Part shown: one piece after another, positions 1 through 8,206 of the stretch
Layout of the letters: each line of letters starts with the position of its first letter
Numbering within the stretch: the first letter of the stretch is position 1
Source: a virus
Taxonomy: Duplodnaviria > Caudoviricetes
IMG/VR virus record: IMGVR_UViG_3300020314_000033
Coordinates: 1-25,107 of that record
Reading direction: 5' to 3' (one strand)
Length of the DNA stretch: 25,107 nt
Made by a program: the position numbers and the translations under genes
Notes under the pieces: model-generated
Told to the model about the DNA's origin: nothing
Seen by the model: the letters and a program-made list of their open reading frames with translations, nothing else
Database searches by the model: none

Positions 1-597
1 AGTTTTGTTTGTTAAAGTCTGTGATGTTGATAAATCAACAGTTGTGCCTGTGTCAATTGCAATCGTTAAAACGTTTGATGATGCACTTGCACTAATACCT
101 GTACCACCTGAAACTGTAGTATGTACGTAATCTGAAACTCTTTGAGCAGTTGCTTTTCTGTTTGTACCATTTGCACCATTGTCAACAATAAGTAAATCGG
201 CTGCAACAATAGCCTCACCAATATCTGTACCACCATCAATATCTAAGTTGATGATTGGTGTATTACCAGTGTTTGTTTGAACGTATGTTCTAAGTTGTGA
301 TGCGTTAATCATTTTCTCAGTACCAGCATCTGAGATAATAAGTTTGTCTGTATCTGCTATTGTAATACCAGTACCATCAGTCATGCCATCGACATTAATA
401 ACTGCTTCTACTGTACCAAATTCTAATGCGCTCGCACCAGAGTTAACTTTTAATACTTGACCTGCTGAACCGATAGATAATGACGCACCTAAACCACCAT
501 GTGATAATGCGATAAATTCGCCAGATTGAAATTCTGCTAAACCTGTTGCGTTGTTTGATCCATCGAAGACTGTTCTAATTGGTGTTTTTGCTGACAT
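1..597 (-). CDS. Phage tail fibre/virion structural protein, N-terminal part (runs off the left edge; not in ORF track)
   Basis: ATG at 597 opens a frame with no stop down to base 1: MSAKTPIRTVFDGSNNATGLAEFQSGEFIALSHGGLGASLSIGSAGQVLKVNSGASALEF...VDLSTSQTLTNKT. G/S/T/A/D-rich, with GQVLKVN..ALEF and QTLTNKT motifs typical of marine phage fibres and an internal duplication (INVDGMTDGTGITIADTDKLIISDAG / LDIDGGTDIGEAIVAADLLIVDNGA). Confidence 0.8.
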   Translation of the reverse strand, partial: MSAKTPIRTVFDGSNNATGLAEFQSGEFIALSHGGLGASLSIGSAGQVLKVNSGASALEFGTVEAVINVDGMTDGTGITIADTDKLIISDAGTEKMINASQLRTYVQTNTGNTPIINLDIDGGTDIGEAIVAADLLIVDNGANGTNRKATAQRVSDYVHTTVSGGTGISASASSNVLTIAIDTGTTVDLSTSQTLTNKT

Positions 598-602
598 AAT
601 TC

Positions 603-610
603 TATTTATC
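603..610 (-). promoter_or_regulatory. Putative T4-type late promoter (GATAAATA)
   Basis: Minus strand reads GATAAATA-GAATT-ATG. One mismatch to T4 late consensus TATAAATA; lies 5 nt before the fibre start codon. Confidence 0.5.
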
Positions 611-612
611 CT

Positions 613-1164
613 TTAAAATGTAAATAACGTGGTTCCTTGTCCTTGTGTAATTGAGTTTCCATTTGCTAGTGTGTACGCAGTAAACGTGTATGTGTTTGCT
701 GTCGTTGCCTTGAATCTGAATACTTTAGCAGGTGAAGATAAACCACCAGATGCTGTAAAGAAATTCACCTGTCGTACAGGAGTACCATCAGCACCTTCTA
801 GTGCAAGTTTAGTACCGTCTGTGATTTTAGAATCAGCAGGAAGTGTAACACCACCAGCAGAGATTGAAATAGTGCCTGATCCGTCTGAACTGATCGTTGC
901 ACCACCTAAGTTAATTGTATCACCAGAAAGAAATAAATCAGCAAAACGTTTTGTTGAACTACCTAAGTTTCTAGTGCCATTTCCATCAGGTATGATATCT
1001 TGGTCAACTGCTGATAAGTCAAGGCTTTCACCGATTGCTTTAATAGTACCACTGTCATTAATATAAAGTTTCTTCGCAGAGGTATCAATCGCAACTTCAC
1101 CGTTTACAATATTACTTGTAGTCGGTGTCGATGTACCTCTTTTTAACTTAATTACAGTTGGCAT
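613..1164 (-). CDS. Tail fibre-associated protein with Mtd-N-like N-terminal module
   Basis: N-terminus VIKLKRGTS..GEVAIDT..KLYI resembles the module at the start of many phage fibres. Also has the DIIPDGNGTRNLGSSTKRFADLFLSG fibre motif; AGGA upstream. Confidence 0.7.
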   Translation of the reverse strand: MPTVIKLKRGTSTPTTSNIVNGEVAIDTSAKKLYINDSGTIKAIGESLDLSAVDQDIIPDGNGTRNLGSSTKRFADLFLSGDTINLGGATISSDGSGTISISAGGVTLPADSKITDGTKLALEGADGTPVRQVNFFTASGGLSSPAKVFRFKATTANTYTFTAYTLANGNSITQGQGTTLFTF

Positions 1165-1183
1165 ATTATAGTATTCCTATTCC

Positions 1184-2746
1184 TTAGAAAGATCCGCCGT
1201 CAATAGTTGTTACTGTAACAGCACCAGATGACACTGTAAAGTTATCTGAACTAAATGATGCGACACCTTTATTAGAAGCAGTTGCATCTTCAGCTGAGAT
1301 AGTTAAAGTGTTTGATGTAGTTGCTGTATCTATACCTTCACCAGCTGCAATTGTAAACGTTTCACCTAATGCAATATTGTCCGATGTAGAACCATCAGAG
1401 AAATTGAAAAAGGCATTTGTGATTGCAGAGTTTGGAATGTTTGTGATAGTTGAGTTTGAACCATTAATGTTCGCAACTAATTCAGCAGCTGCAATTGTAA
1501 TGTTACCAGTTGCGTCTGCTGTTGCAGTAGTAGTACCTAATGCAAATCTATCAGCACTTTCATCCCACATGAAAATAGCATTGTTACCAGTACTACCTCT
1601 TTCGATGATAATACCAGAATCGTTAGCATTTGATCCAGCACCTGAGTTTAATTCAAGTAATGAATCAGATATAGTTGTGTTAGTTGTTGCTACAGTTGTA
1701 GTTGTACCGTTTACAGTTAAGTTACCTGTAATTACAGCATTTCTTGTAACTGTTAAGTCTCTACCAATCGTTACATCATCTGGTTGTGAAATTGTAACTG
1801 TACCTGAACTCTCGGCAACGCTTATTTCATTTGAGGTCCCACTGAAAGTAATCGTTCCACCAAGAGAAGTTGCAGTTGAATTTGAACCATCTGAAACTGT
1901 GATTGATGAGTTAGCTAATTTTGCGTTTGCAATTGATCCTGCTAAGTGAACGTTGTCAACTGATCCGTCAACTAAGTGTTCACTATCTACAGCATCATCT
2001 GCTATTTTTGCACCAGTAACAGCGTCAGCTGCTAGTTCGGCAGTAACAACACCACCATCTTTAATTGTAACCGCACCAGAGGACACAGCAAAGTTGTCTG
2101 AGCTGAAAGATGCGATACCTTTATTAGATGCTGTTGCGTCTTCGGCTGCAATTGATATGTTATTATCAGAAACAGTTGTGTCGATACCTTCGCCACCAGC
2201 AAACGTTAAAGTTTGACCTGTTGTGAATGTATCATTTGAACCACTGTCAGCCGCAAGTGTAAATGAACCTGATGGAATAGCTGCAAAACTTAAATTACCT
2301 GAACCGTCAGTTTTTAAGAATTGATCAGCAGAACCATCACCATCTGGTAATGTGAATGTTGTTGATGTTGTAACAGCGTTTGGTGCTTTAATACCAATGA
2401 AGTTTGTACCGTTGTTAGTACCTTCATTTAGTTTTAATGTACCACCAGTTGATGCGTTGTTACCTATGAATACTTCGTCTATCGCCTTGTTGGCGTCTAC
2501 TAATAATGCGGAAGTGGCTGTAAGTGTTCCGTGTGCGTGATCTAATTGATCACTAAAATATTGACCACCGATAACTGTAACGTTGTTTGCATTACCGTCA
2601 CCGCCAGTACCACCTTCACCTATGAAAAGTCTATCTCCTAGATTAGCTTGGGTACCTGTGCCGTGTGTATATGCTAATTCCCCAAGTTTGAGTGTACTAG
2701 GGGCACTAGTTCCAGACGACCTCTTAATCTGAATAACTGTTGCCAT
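1184..2746 (-). CDS. Phage tail fibre protein (520 aa)
   Basis: N-terminus [18 protein letters not shown]; [37 protein letters not shown] and [12 protein letters not shown] fibre motifs; internal repeats; C-terminal IDGGSF; AGGAG RBS. Confidence 0.85.
   Translation of the reverse strand: MATVIQIKRSSGTSAPSTLKLGELAYTHGTGTQANLGDRLFIGEGGTGGDGNANNVTVIGGQYFSDQLDHAHGTLTATSALLVDANKAIDEVFIGNNASTGGTLKLNEGTNNGTNFIGIKAPNAVTTSTTFTLPDGDGSADQFLKTDGSGNLSFAAIPSGSFTLAADSGSNDTFTTGQTLTFAGGEGIDTTVSDNNISIAAEDATASNKGIASFSSDNFAVSSGAVTIKDGGVVTAELAADAVTGAKIADDAVDSEHLVDGSVDNVHLAGSIANAKLANSSITVSDGSNSTATSLGGTITFSGTSNEISVAESSGTVTISQPDDVTIGRDLTVTRNAVITGNLTVNGTTTTVATTNTTISDSLLELNSGAGSNANDSGIIIERGSTGNNAIFMWDESADRFALGTTTATADATGNITIAAAELVANINGSNSTITNIPNSAITNAFFNFSDGSTSDNIALGETFTIAAGEGIDTATTSNTLTISAEDATASNKGVASFSSDNFTVSSGAVTVTTIDGGSF
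1215..1342 (-). repeat. Intragenic repeat, C-terminal copy (pairs with 2067-2194)
   Basis: Encodes [43 protein letters not shown]. Aligns without gaps to 2067-2194; differences in the conserved half are mostly synonymous. Confidence 0.9.
2067..2194 (-). repeat. Intragenic repeat, N-proximal copy (pairs with 1215-1342)
   Basis: Encodes [43 protein letters not shown]. Confidence 0.9.
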
Positions 2747-2758
2747 TTGTTAAATCTC

Positions 2759-3007
2759 CTAAAAATTACCACCGTTAAAGGTCAAAGTACCTTGATCAGT
2801 TTCCAAATTAGTTCTTGTTACAAACTTTTTATCAGATGATCTGTATTGAAGCAATGCACCTTCTTGAGCATTGGCAGCATCTACATCTCCTAATGCTCTA
2901 AGTAAAAAGTCTGCGTTTCTAACTAATGTTTGTTGAACGGGTACAGTAACGGAGACCTTTTTAGGTCCATTACTATTATTTGATCCTATTGTTGCAGTGA
3001 TAGCCAT
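2759..3007 (-). CDS. Small virion/fibre-associated protein (82 aa)
   Basis: LRALGDVDAANAQEGALLQY..DKKF fibre-type motif; C-terminal FNGGNF resembles the IDGGSF end of its neighbour; GAGG RBS and late promoter upstream. Confidence 0.65.
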   Translation of the reverse strand: MAITATIGSNNSNGPKKVSVTVPVQQTLVRNADFLLRALGDVDAANAQEGALLQYRSSDKKFVTRTNLETDQGTLTFNGGNF

Positions 3008-3029
3008 GTTAAACCTCTATTAATAGTAA

Positions 3030-3037
3030 TATTTATA
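3030..3037 (-). promoter_or_regulatory. T4-type late promoter TATAAATA
   Basis: Exact TATAAATA on the minus strand in the intergenic gap upstream of the 3007 start. Confidence 0.8.
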
Positions 3038-3063
3038 ATAGAAAGTTCTTTAAATGGAGACTA

Positions 3064-3399
3064 TTATTTCGTAACGTTTGGATTTATAGTGATGATGCCT
3101 TCGATAACTCTAGTCACTACGCCTGTGTCGTTAGTAACTTCAATATCGTAGACATAGCGACCTTCTTCGAGGGCCGCTGTCTGAGTTGCGGTAAGACTAC
3201 AATCTAACTGTCCGTTAGAGGGTGGATCGGCAATAGTTATTGTAAAATCTGTTGCTGTAGATGATGAATACGATTTCCTAACTTGTCCTGCGGCTGTATG
3301 ATTAGTCAAATCAAATGCGCTTTCGTCACTATCTTTAACGTTTACAGACGTTGAAAATGTTGATCCTTGATCGATAAACAAATTAGCAATTGCAGCCAT
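3064..3399 (-). CDS. Virion structural protein, Ig-like beta-sandwich (tail collar/fibre adaptor-like)
   Basis: ANLFIDQGSTF..FDLT..GQVRKSYSS..LTATQTAAL.EGRYVYDIE..RVIEG.ITINPNVT is a pattern I recognise from small structural proteins of T4-like marine phages. Confidence 0.7.
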   Translation of the reverse strand: MAAIANLFIDQGSTFSTSVNVKDSDESAFDLTNHTAAGQVRKSYSSSTATDFTITIADPPSNGQLDCSLTATQTAALEEGRYVYDIEVTNDTGVVTRVIEGIITINPNVTK

Positions 3400-3651
3400 C
3401 TACTTTTTCTCTTGTTCTTTATTTACTTGCATTGTCGGTGTTACTGGTTTATCTACTTGCTCTTTAATCTTAGCAACGTAGTGTGCAACCATAACATCGC
3501 ACTTTTCAAGTTCGTTCATAAGTCTTGCACGTGTATTAAGTACTTCACTTCTTAGGTTGATATACTTAATCGCCTCTTGTGACAACTCACTTTCTTTGTA
3601 AGTCTTGCCATCTAGCGTCACCGTCATTTCTTTAACTTCTTGCTCTTGCAT
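3400..3651 (-). CDS. Small phage protein (beta-hairpin plus coiled coil, possibly DUF6447-like)
   Basis: VTLDGKTYKESELSQEA followed by an amphipathic helix; AGGAG RBS; late promoter directly upstream. Confidence 0.55.
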   Translation of the reverse strand: MQEQEVKEMTVTLDGKTYKESELSQEAIKYINLRSEVLNTRARLMNELEKCDVMVAHYVAKIKEQVDKPVTPTMQVNKEQEKK

Positions 3652-3667
3652 GATATACTCCTTGTTA

Positions 3668-3675
3668 TATTTATA
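3668..3675 (-). promoter_or_regulatory. T4-type late promoter TATAAATA
   Basis: Exact TATAAATA on the minus strand, overlapping the stop codon of the upstream oxygenase and followed by AGGAG and ATG at 3651. Confidence 0.8.
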
Positions 3676-4297
3676 ATAGTTTTTCGATATCTTTTGTACC
3701 GTTCAATGTAAACATTAAAGCAATTCTAGGTTTGTTACTCATGTTTACAACGGCATGTTTATATCCGATATTTAGAAAGTTTGCTGTACCGTCTTCTAAT
3801 GTATATGCTTCAACTTTGTCATTTCTTTTAAATAAGTTTACAACATTATTACTACCATAGACAGGCACAATACATCTAACTCCATATGATACATCATAGT
3901 CTACATGCCACGGTATCATTTTGTTAGGTGCTAATTTTGTAATTCGTACTCTACTTGCAGGTGCGTCTAATTGATTTACTATTTCTTCAAAGTAACTACC
4001 TGTGTAGTCTTCAGTGGGAACACTATAGAGATGCTCTTCTTTTCTTCTCAATCTCTCTTTAATACTTGTAGTGTGAGGTAATATCTCACTTGGTGTTGTC
4101 AGATTAATTTGTTCGAAATTATCGTAAACACTTTTCACTAATTCTTTGTGATTATCACATAGTCCAGCATTTGCAGATTCAACGTCTGTAAATTTATCAG
4201 CAAGTTTATCTGTCTCTGCTCTCAATCTATCTAAGTCTATATCTAAACCTAGATTTGCTATTGTCGGTAGACTATGTTTTGTCAAAGATTCTGCCAT
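3671..4297 (-). CDS. Fe(II)/2-oxoglutarate oxygenase, aspartyl/asparaginyl beta-hydroxylase-like
   Basis: RVRITKLAP..IPWHVDYD (HxD), RCIVPV, LNIGYKHAVVN (distal His) and PRIALMF (2OG-binding Arg). Confidence 0.8.
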   Translation of the reverse strand: MAESLTKHSLPTIANLGLDIDLDRLRAETDKLADKFTDVESANAGLCDNHKELVKSVYDNFEQINLTTPSEILPHTTSIKERLRRKEEHLYSVPTEDYTGSYFEEIVNQLDAPASRVRITKLAPNKMIPWHVDYDVSYGVRCIVPVYGSNNVVNLFKRNDKVEAYTLEDGTANFLNIGYKHAVVNMSNKPRIALMFTLNGTKDIEKLL

Positions 4298-4865
4298 CGT
4301 GTGTCCTTTCTACAATATATTTAGACATCGGTTTCCAGACGTAATTTGGATTCTGTAATCGAATACTATAAACATATTGTAACATCTTACCTGTTTTAAA
4401 TAAGAAATCTTTCTCTAATTGTAGACTGTTATACCACTCACCCTTTGTGTGTTCTTCAAAAGATGGCACAGTCATTTTCTTACGTCTCTGATACAATCTA
4501 TTGATCGCACGTTTTTTTATGTCGTGTGTAATATATAGTAGTTCAAATTTATTCTCTCTCGCCCACTTGATTTGATGTTCACCCATAATCAAACCACAAT
4601 GAGTAAATCGATAATCTTTCAGAATATGATAACGACAAATACGAACAACCTCATTTGGGTCATTTGTATAGTGTGATCTTTCTGCGGCTGAGATTGAGAT
4701 TAACTTATCATCTTTAAAACACATCCAAGTTTCAATATCAGGATTGTCTGGATTGTATTTCTTGTAAGTTAAACTATCGTTACCCTCTGCCCAAGTTTGT
4801 AATCTAAATCTTTCTATTAGAGGCCAGTACGTGTTTGGATCCTCTGAATATCTTTTTACTACCAT
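4272..4865 (-). CDS. Putative GNAT-fold acyltransferase
   Basis: TWMCFKDDKLISIS..VRICRYHILKDYR..G...QIKWARENKFELLYIT matches GNAT beta/alpha order and a degenerate motif A. Confidence 0.5.
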   Translation of the reverse strand: MVVKRYSEDPNTYWPLIERFRLQTWAEGNDSLTYKKYNPDNPDIETWMCFKDDKLISISAAERSHYTNDPNEVVRICRYHILKDYRFTHCGLIMGEHQIKWARENKFELLYITHDIKKRAINRLYQRRKKMTVPSFEEHTKGEWYNSLQLEKDFLFKTGKMLQYVYSIRLQNPNYVWKPMSKYIVERTHDGRIFDKT

Positions 4866-5005
4866 AACTTAAATCGTTCAAGTTTTTCTAATATCTTTTT
4901 TATAGGTTCATAAACATTCCATATCTCTCTAATATGGTCGTTCATTTTTTTATTTAACTTATCTAGTTTCTTTTCTATTCTATCTAATTGTTCTTTGTCG
5001 CTCAT
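4859..5005 (-). CDS. 48-aa small protein (not in ORF track)
   Basis: MSDKEQLDRIEKKLDKLNKKMNDHIREIWNVYEPIKKILEKLERFKLW*. Its ATG overlaps the upstream TGA (ATGA) and its stop overlaps the next start, filling the gap exactly. Confidence 0.8.
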   Translation of the reverse strand: MSDKEQLDRIEKKLDKLNKKMNDHIREIWNVYEPIKKILEKLERFKLW

Positions 5006-5733
5006 ATCGTAATATCCACTATTAATCTTTTACCTGAAAAGATTTCACAATCTAAAAGATACTCTTTATATTCTTTGTACTTCTTTTTATATAATGGCAT
5101 ATCTCTTGTGATTGTTTGTAATACTAATCTGTCATCCCAATATCTTTGATCGTGGTATGGTTCTTGTATGATTGCATGTTTGGCATCATAGAAGTTTACG
5201 AGAGCATCAAACAACTTCATATGATTTTCTTTCTCATATAATAATACACCACTGAATATAACAGTGTCAACTTCAAAGTCAACTGATATATCTTCTACTT
5301 TGTTCCAACTTGTATTTCTATATTCTATATTATCAAAGAAACCATAATCTGCTTGTGCCATCTGTATAGGTTCAACAGACGTATCAAATCCCATATACTT
5401 GTAATCAGTATATCCTTTTTCTCCTAGTATCTTATTAATAGGTCCATGTCTACAACCTACATCAATAATACCTTTTGATTGTTTCTCAATAATAATATCT
5501 GCTTGTTTCTCAAAGATAGGTTTCGCTTCAGGTGTGTCTAAGTATGACATACTTTCAAACTTATAATCTTCAACAAGAGGTACAACTATTCTGTCAGGAC
5601 TTGTGATCTCTATATTAGGCCATGGTATTTGTTTCATACGTTCTTTCTTATTTCTTCTGGACTGTTCTAATCCTTGTTTTAATAATGCTTCTTGTTCAGG
5701 CCATACTTCGTGGAAATACTTATTTGTAGACAT
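5002..5733 (-). CDS. Class I SAM-dependent methyltransferase
   Basis: IIDVGCRHG (motif I), YMGFDTS (motif II), DTVIFSGVLLY. Confidence 0.8.
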   Translation of the reverse strand: MSTNKYFHEVWPEQEALLKQGLEQSRRNKKERMKQIPWPNIEITSPDRIVVPLVEDYKFESMSYLDTPEAKPIFEKQADIIIEKQSKGIIDVGCRHGPINKILGEKGYTDYKYMGFDTSVEPIQMAQADYGFFDNIEYRNTSWNKVEDISVDFEVDTVIFSGVLLYEKENHMKLFDALVNFYDAKHAIIQEPYHDQRYWDDRLVLQTITRDMPLYKKKYKEYKEYLLDCEIFSGKRLIVDITI

Positions 5734-6529
5734 TGCTAAAATCTGATGCCAATCTCCATAGTAATCTATTGTTATCTAACACTGGTGTTCTTCTATGTAA
5801 ACTTGTAAACTGATCCATCAATAATAAATCACCTTTTTTAAATACATGATGATACTGATACTTTGATCTAAAGATAATAGGTTTTAATCTCTCAATCATT
5901 TTCTCATGGTCAATTTGTTTTTTATCTTCCCATGCTTTAATAATAAAGTGATATGGAAAATAGAAGTAATATAAACCTGTGTGTGGATGCACGTCAACTA
6001 GTTTACGAATACTACCTTTGTTCTTACTCATAAACTCTAATTCAGGATCACCTTCTTCTAAATCATAGATTGTATTGTTCTTAAACTTCAATCTAATATT
6101 AATACTTTTCCAATACTCTTGTTCATCCTCTGATAAATCGTAGAATGGTTTAGATGTATGACATACACTTAACGTTGTATTTACATCTTCTTTGACACAG
6201 TATAAACTAATTAAAATTTTATCAATCAAATGTCTACTGTTACCGTTTGAGTGCCAACCTAATTCAGTGTCACCAAACATACCAATCTTTTTACCATCAA
6301 CCTTTTTACCAGTCACTAAAAATATCTCAGGATGATCTTTTGGATTCATAAACAAACCAGGTGCTTCACATTCACCAAACTTTTTCTGCATCTGTACAAT
6401 CTGATCTTCACTAAAGTCCTGATCATAGAATACAGCACAACCCTCTTTATGAATTGCCTTTGATACGTCAATCAATTGTTCTTTCGATAATGTTTTAATA
6501 TCCTCGGTCGTTCTATATGGTGTTATCAT
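5720..6529 (-). CDS. TauD/TfdA-family dioxygenase-like protein with H-x-N motif
   Basis: HKEGCAVFYDQ, LGWHSNG, HPHTG, HVFKKGDLLLMDQFTSLHRR and RLLWR all align with TauD family motifs. Confidence 0.85.
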   Translation of the reverse strand: MITPYRTTEDIKTLSKEQLIDVSKAIHKEGCAVFYDQDFSEDQIVQMQKKFGECEAPGLFMNPKDHPEIFLVTGKKVDGKKIGMFGDTELGWHSNGNSRHLIDKILISLYCVKEDVNTTLSVCHTSKPFYDLSEDEQEYWKSINIRLKFKNNTIYDLEEGDPELEFMSKNKGSIRKLVDVHPHTGLYYFYFPYHFIIKAWEDKKQIDHEKMIERLKPIIFRSKYQYHHVFKKGDLLLMDQFTSLHRRTPVLDNNRLLWRLASDFSNVYK

Positions 6530-7188
6530 AATATGCTCTCAACTTTCTTTTTAAAATCTTGGAATGTAACTTCTTTGGGTATATTGTTCCATCGTGTAAC
6601 AAAAGCACATCTTGGTGCTTCAGTAACCACTACTCTATGCATAAGTAAAGTATTCAGTAACAATGGTTTGTCAACTATAATATGTCCTATCTTTCTATCA
6701 CTTAGAAACTTTTCAAACTCTGGTGTGCCTTGACCCATTTCTTTTTGTGCTAGAAATTCATGGTAGTATGCATAACCATGAGCATTCTTTTCTGGTAAGT
6801 ATACTTCGTGTTCTTTTGTTTCAAAGTAATCAATACGTGATGCACCGAACACAGGTATAACTAAATTATAATGATTAGGATGTTCAGTATCTAAATCTAT
6901 ATCAGTGTGTGGAAATACATCTTTCTCTGTACTATCTGCTGTGTTAAAACCAGTAGATCGAAACTGATAATGTGGATGTACTTTTCTATGTTCAGATAAT
7001 ATAGGGTCATAGACTTGTTCGTATCCAGTCGGGTCGCCTGTTCTATTATCTTCTAACGAATAACTTCTAAAGGGAGTTTTACCAAAAGTATTATTTAATT
7101 TTATTGAGTTTGCTACTTTGTCGTGTAACTCCATTAATATATCTGTTCTATCTTCTATGTCAACATATTCTGCTACGTTAGGTATCAT
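6526..7188 (-). CDS. Putative Fe(II)/2OG-dependent oxygenase (double-stranded beta-helix fold)
   Basis: FPHTD (HxD), YNLVIPV, PLLLNTLLMHRV (distal His), PRCAF (Arg). Confidence 0.65.
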   Translation of the reverse strand: MIPNVAEYVDIEDRTDILMELHDKVANSIKLNNTFGKTPFRSYSLEDNRTGDPTGYEQVYDPILSEHRKVHPHYQFRSTGFNTADSTEKDVFPHTDIDLDTEHPNHYNLVIPVFGASRIDYFETKEHEVYLPEKNAHGYAYYHEFLAQKEMGQGTPEFEKFLSDRKIGHIIVDKPLLLNTLLMHRVVVTEAPRCAFVTRWNNIPKEVTFQDFKKKVESIL

Positions 7189-7604
7189 AGTTCCTTCATC
7201 ACTCCTTCTATAAATGGATCGTCAAACTTTTTTACTATCTGACCATCTTCAATTAAATATGCAAAACGATTACATCTTACACCAAACTGTTTTCCCCAAT
7301 CTACTTTCTCATTCATTCTTGTACTAAACTCTGCGATAGGATCAGAGACAGCATCGATTTGTTTATCACCATGTAGTTTGTTCCATTCATCCATGACAAA
7401 TGCATCATTCACTGACATGAAAATAACTTTATCAATACCCTTTTCTTTTAACTCGCCTAAGTGATCTACAAATCCTGGCAAGTGTCTGTTTGTACAACCA
7501 GGAGTAAATGCACCAGGCACACCACACAAAATAACTTTCTTTTCTTTTATTTCGTATGGTACAATATTTTTATCTTTTAATATGAATAATCCTGTTGTGT
7601 CCAT
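7185..7604 (-). CDS. Peroxiredoxin, Prx5/redoxin type
   Basis: PGAFTPGC..HLPGF active-site motif, SVNDAFVM..W, and conserved Arg in RCNRFA. Confidence 0.92.
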   Translation of the reverse strand: MDTTGLFILKDKNIVPYEIKEKKVILCGVPGAFTPGCTNRHLPGFVDHLGELKEKGIDKVIFMSVNDAFVMDEWNKLHGDKQIDAVSDPIAEFSTRMNEKVDWGKQFGVRCNRFAYLIEDGQIVKKFDDPFIEGVMKEL

Positions 7605-8206
7605 TGTTCATCCCATTTTTCATAACGTTCAATCCAACCATTTACTTCGTTGGTCATATCGTTTCTTTTTTCAATTTTTCTAAAACCTTTGCATGACAAA
7701 ATCGCATCACATTCTGTCCAAACAAAATCATAGTTGTTAGGTAATAGTTCTTCCCAACAATTGTTTTTTACATACATTGCTTTTACATCGCAACCCATTT
7801 TATCTTGTAGCATATGTCTAGTCATATCAAAGTGTCTACCACCAGTCGGAGATAATGCAGGTGTAAATGTAATTACATAAACTGGTTTGTCTGAGATAGA
7901 ATAGTTTTGACCTAACGATGCGTTATACTGTTTACCCACAACTAACCAATCCATTACATTCTTAAATCCGTGTGCATAGTGACCAGTGTATTCTGGTATT
8001 GCAAAAACAAGAACATCTGCTTTCTCTAATCGTTCATCAAAGTTTTTTACTTTAGGTGGAACGACACCATCTGCTTTGTTTGAATTGCATACAGGTAAAT
8101 CTAGTTTGATAATATCAGAGAACCCAATGTGGTGATCCATCAAAGTTAGTCCTCGATAGTTCATACTATTGTCACTATAACTAAATGATACGCCTACTAT
8201 ATTCAT
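7577..8206 (-). CDS. NAD(P)H-dependent FMN reductase (flavodoxin-like fold)
   Basis: ADVLVFAIPEYTGHYAHGFKNVMDWL signature; KPVYVIT. Confidence 0.85.
   Translation of the reverse strand: MNIVGVSFSYSDNSMNYRGLTLMDHHIGFSDIIKLDLPVCNSNKADGVVPPKVKNFDERLEKADVLVFAIPEYTGHYAHGFKNVMDWLVVGKQYNASLGQNYSISDKPVYVITFTPALSPTGGRHFDMTRHMLQDKMGCDVKAMYVKNNCWEELLPNNYDFVWTECDAILSCKGFRKIEKRNDMTNEVNGWIERYEKWDEQWTQQDYSY

Noticed and set aside
1215-2194. Repeat pair in an Mtd-N-bearing fibre as a possible DGR template/variable repeat
   Set aside because: Differences are mainly synonymous and not adenine-specific, both copies are coding, and no reverse transcriptase is in the window.
629-2540. Long plus-strand ORFs (629-1066, 1308-1949, 1953-2216, 2352-2540)
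   Set aside because: Antisense shadows of the fibre genes caused by their biased codon usage; no RBS or motifs.
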